A stretch of DNA of 64,000 nucleotides. Source: Rhina ancylostomus. Taxonomy: Eukaryota. Below the pieces are notes generated by a model, which was given only the letters and a program-made list of their open reading frames with translations, made no database searches and had not been told where the DNA came from. Made by a program: the position numbers and the translations under genes. Shown piece by piece: positions 63,191 through 64,000 of this stretch. How positions within the stretch are numbered: position 1 is the stretch's first letter; every line of letters begins with the position of its first letter. The stretch is from assembly GCA_030265395.1 (NCBI GenBank), contig JARFYF010000074.1:36311131-36375130 (forward strand), read 5' to 3'.

Positions 63191-63780
63191 CTACCCAACC
63201 AAGTCTTATGTTTTAATGTGATCGCTTCTCATTCTTCCAACCTTCACAGAATGCAGAACCAACCTACTTGATTTGCCCTTATAAAAATCACCACTTCATC
63301 CTGGGAGTGAACCTTTGTCTCTGTTACCTCCAAGGTAAGTATATTTTTGCTTAAATGAGACCAGAACTGTACCTAGTTCCCCAGGAATAGTTTCATCAAA
63401 GCCCTGTGCAGTTGCAGCAACACCTCCAACTTTTGTATTCTATCCCTTTATTTGCTTTCCTAATTACTTGCTCTATGTGCATGTCAAATTTGTGTTTCTT
63501 GTACGAGGGCATCCAAGTTGCCAGCATTCACCACCCTCGCCCATTATACTTCTTCATTCTTTTTGCCCAATAAGAAGAATGGGAGGAGGAACACAAGTAC
63601 CATCTTACAAAGAAAATAAGAGCAGTAAGTACCCATTCAGCCTCTTGAACCTGCTCCACCATTCAATATGATCCTGGATAATCCTCCATTTCGGTACCAT
63701 ATTCTCGCTCTCTCCCCATACCCCACAGTACCTTCGGCATCTAGAAATTTATCTACCTCCTTCTTAAAAATATTCCATTA
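63191..63780 (-). mobile_element. CR1 3' fragments
   Basis: GAGACCAGAACTGTACCTAGTTCCCCAGG matches the VQFWS region. A CR1-type 3' UTR CCTCTTGAACCTGCTCCACCATTCAATATGATC lies at about 63640-63675. Confidence 0.75.
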
Positions 63781-64000
63781 GGTCAAAAGGACCTGTTTCT
63801 GCACTGTAGACTTGTGCGTTGCAGTGTCCTCAGGCCAACATCTTCAGTACCCTGATTACATTCAGTTGACTGTTCACATCCTTGGCACTAGACTCTCAAA
63901 ACAGCCACTCTCTCACTATGCAGACAGAGTAAAAGATTGAAGGATGTACTCAGGGTCTTCATGAGGAAATGTAACATCTCTGCTGTTTCCTGTGATTCTC

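Overview
AT-rich, CpG-depleted vertebrate genomic DNA from a draft assembly with 14 N-gaps. The repeat content (V-SINEs, Deu-domain SINEs, CR1, Rex1/Babar, RTE and Penelope-like elements) points to a cartilaginous fish, plausibly a ray; this is inferred from recalled repeat families, not from a search. Only one host coding exon is well supported: a 177-nt phase 0/0 exon at 58000-58176 (+) encoding the N-terminal acidic activation region of a PGC-1 coactivator, best matching PPARGC1B exon 2. I recognise no exon 1, so most of the window is probably intron 1 plus the start of intron 2. The other ORFs in the track are retroelement remnants, chance ORFs or N-gap artefacts. Most notable non-genic signals: (i) about ten Penelope-type terminal repeats carrying decayed minimal type I hammerhead ribozyme motifs, occurring solo, in tandem and as back-to-back palindromes; (ii) a 190-bp diverged duplication whose internal 39-bp hairpin is flipped between the copies; (iii) a perfect 18-bp-stem hairpin; (iv) a templated 105-bp local duplication; (v) an unclassified old repeat in three copies. 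All alignments were done by eye and repeat boundaries are approximate.
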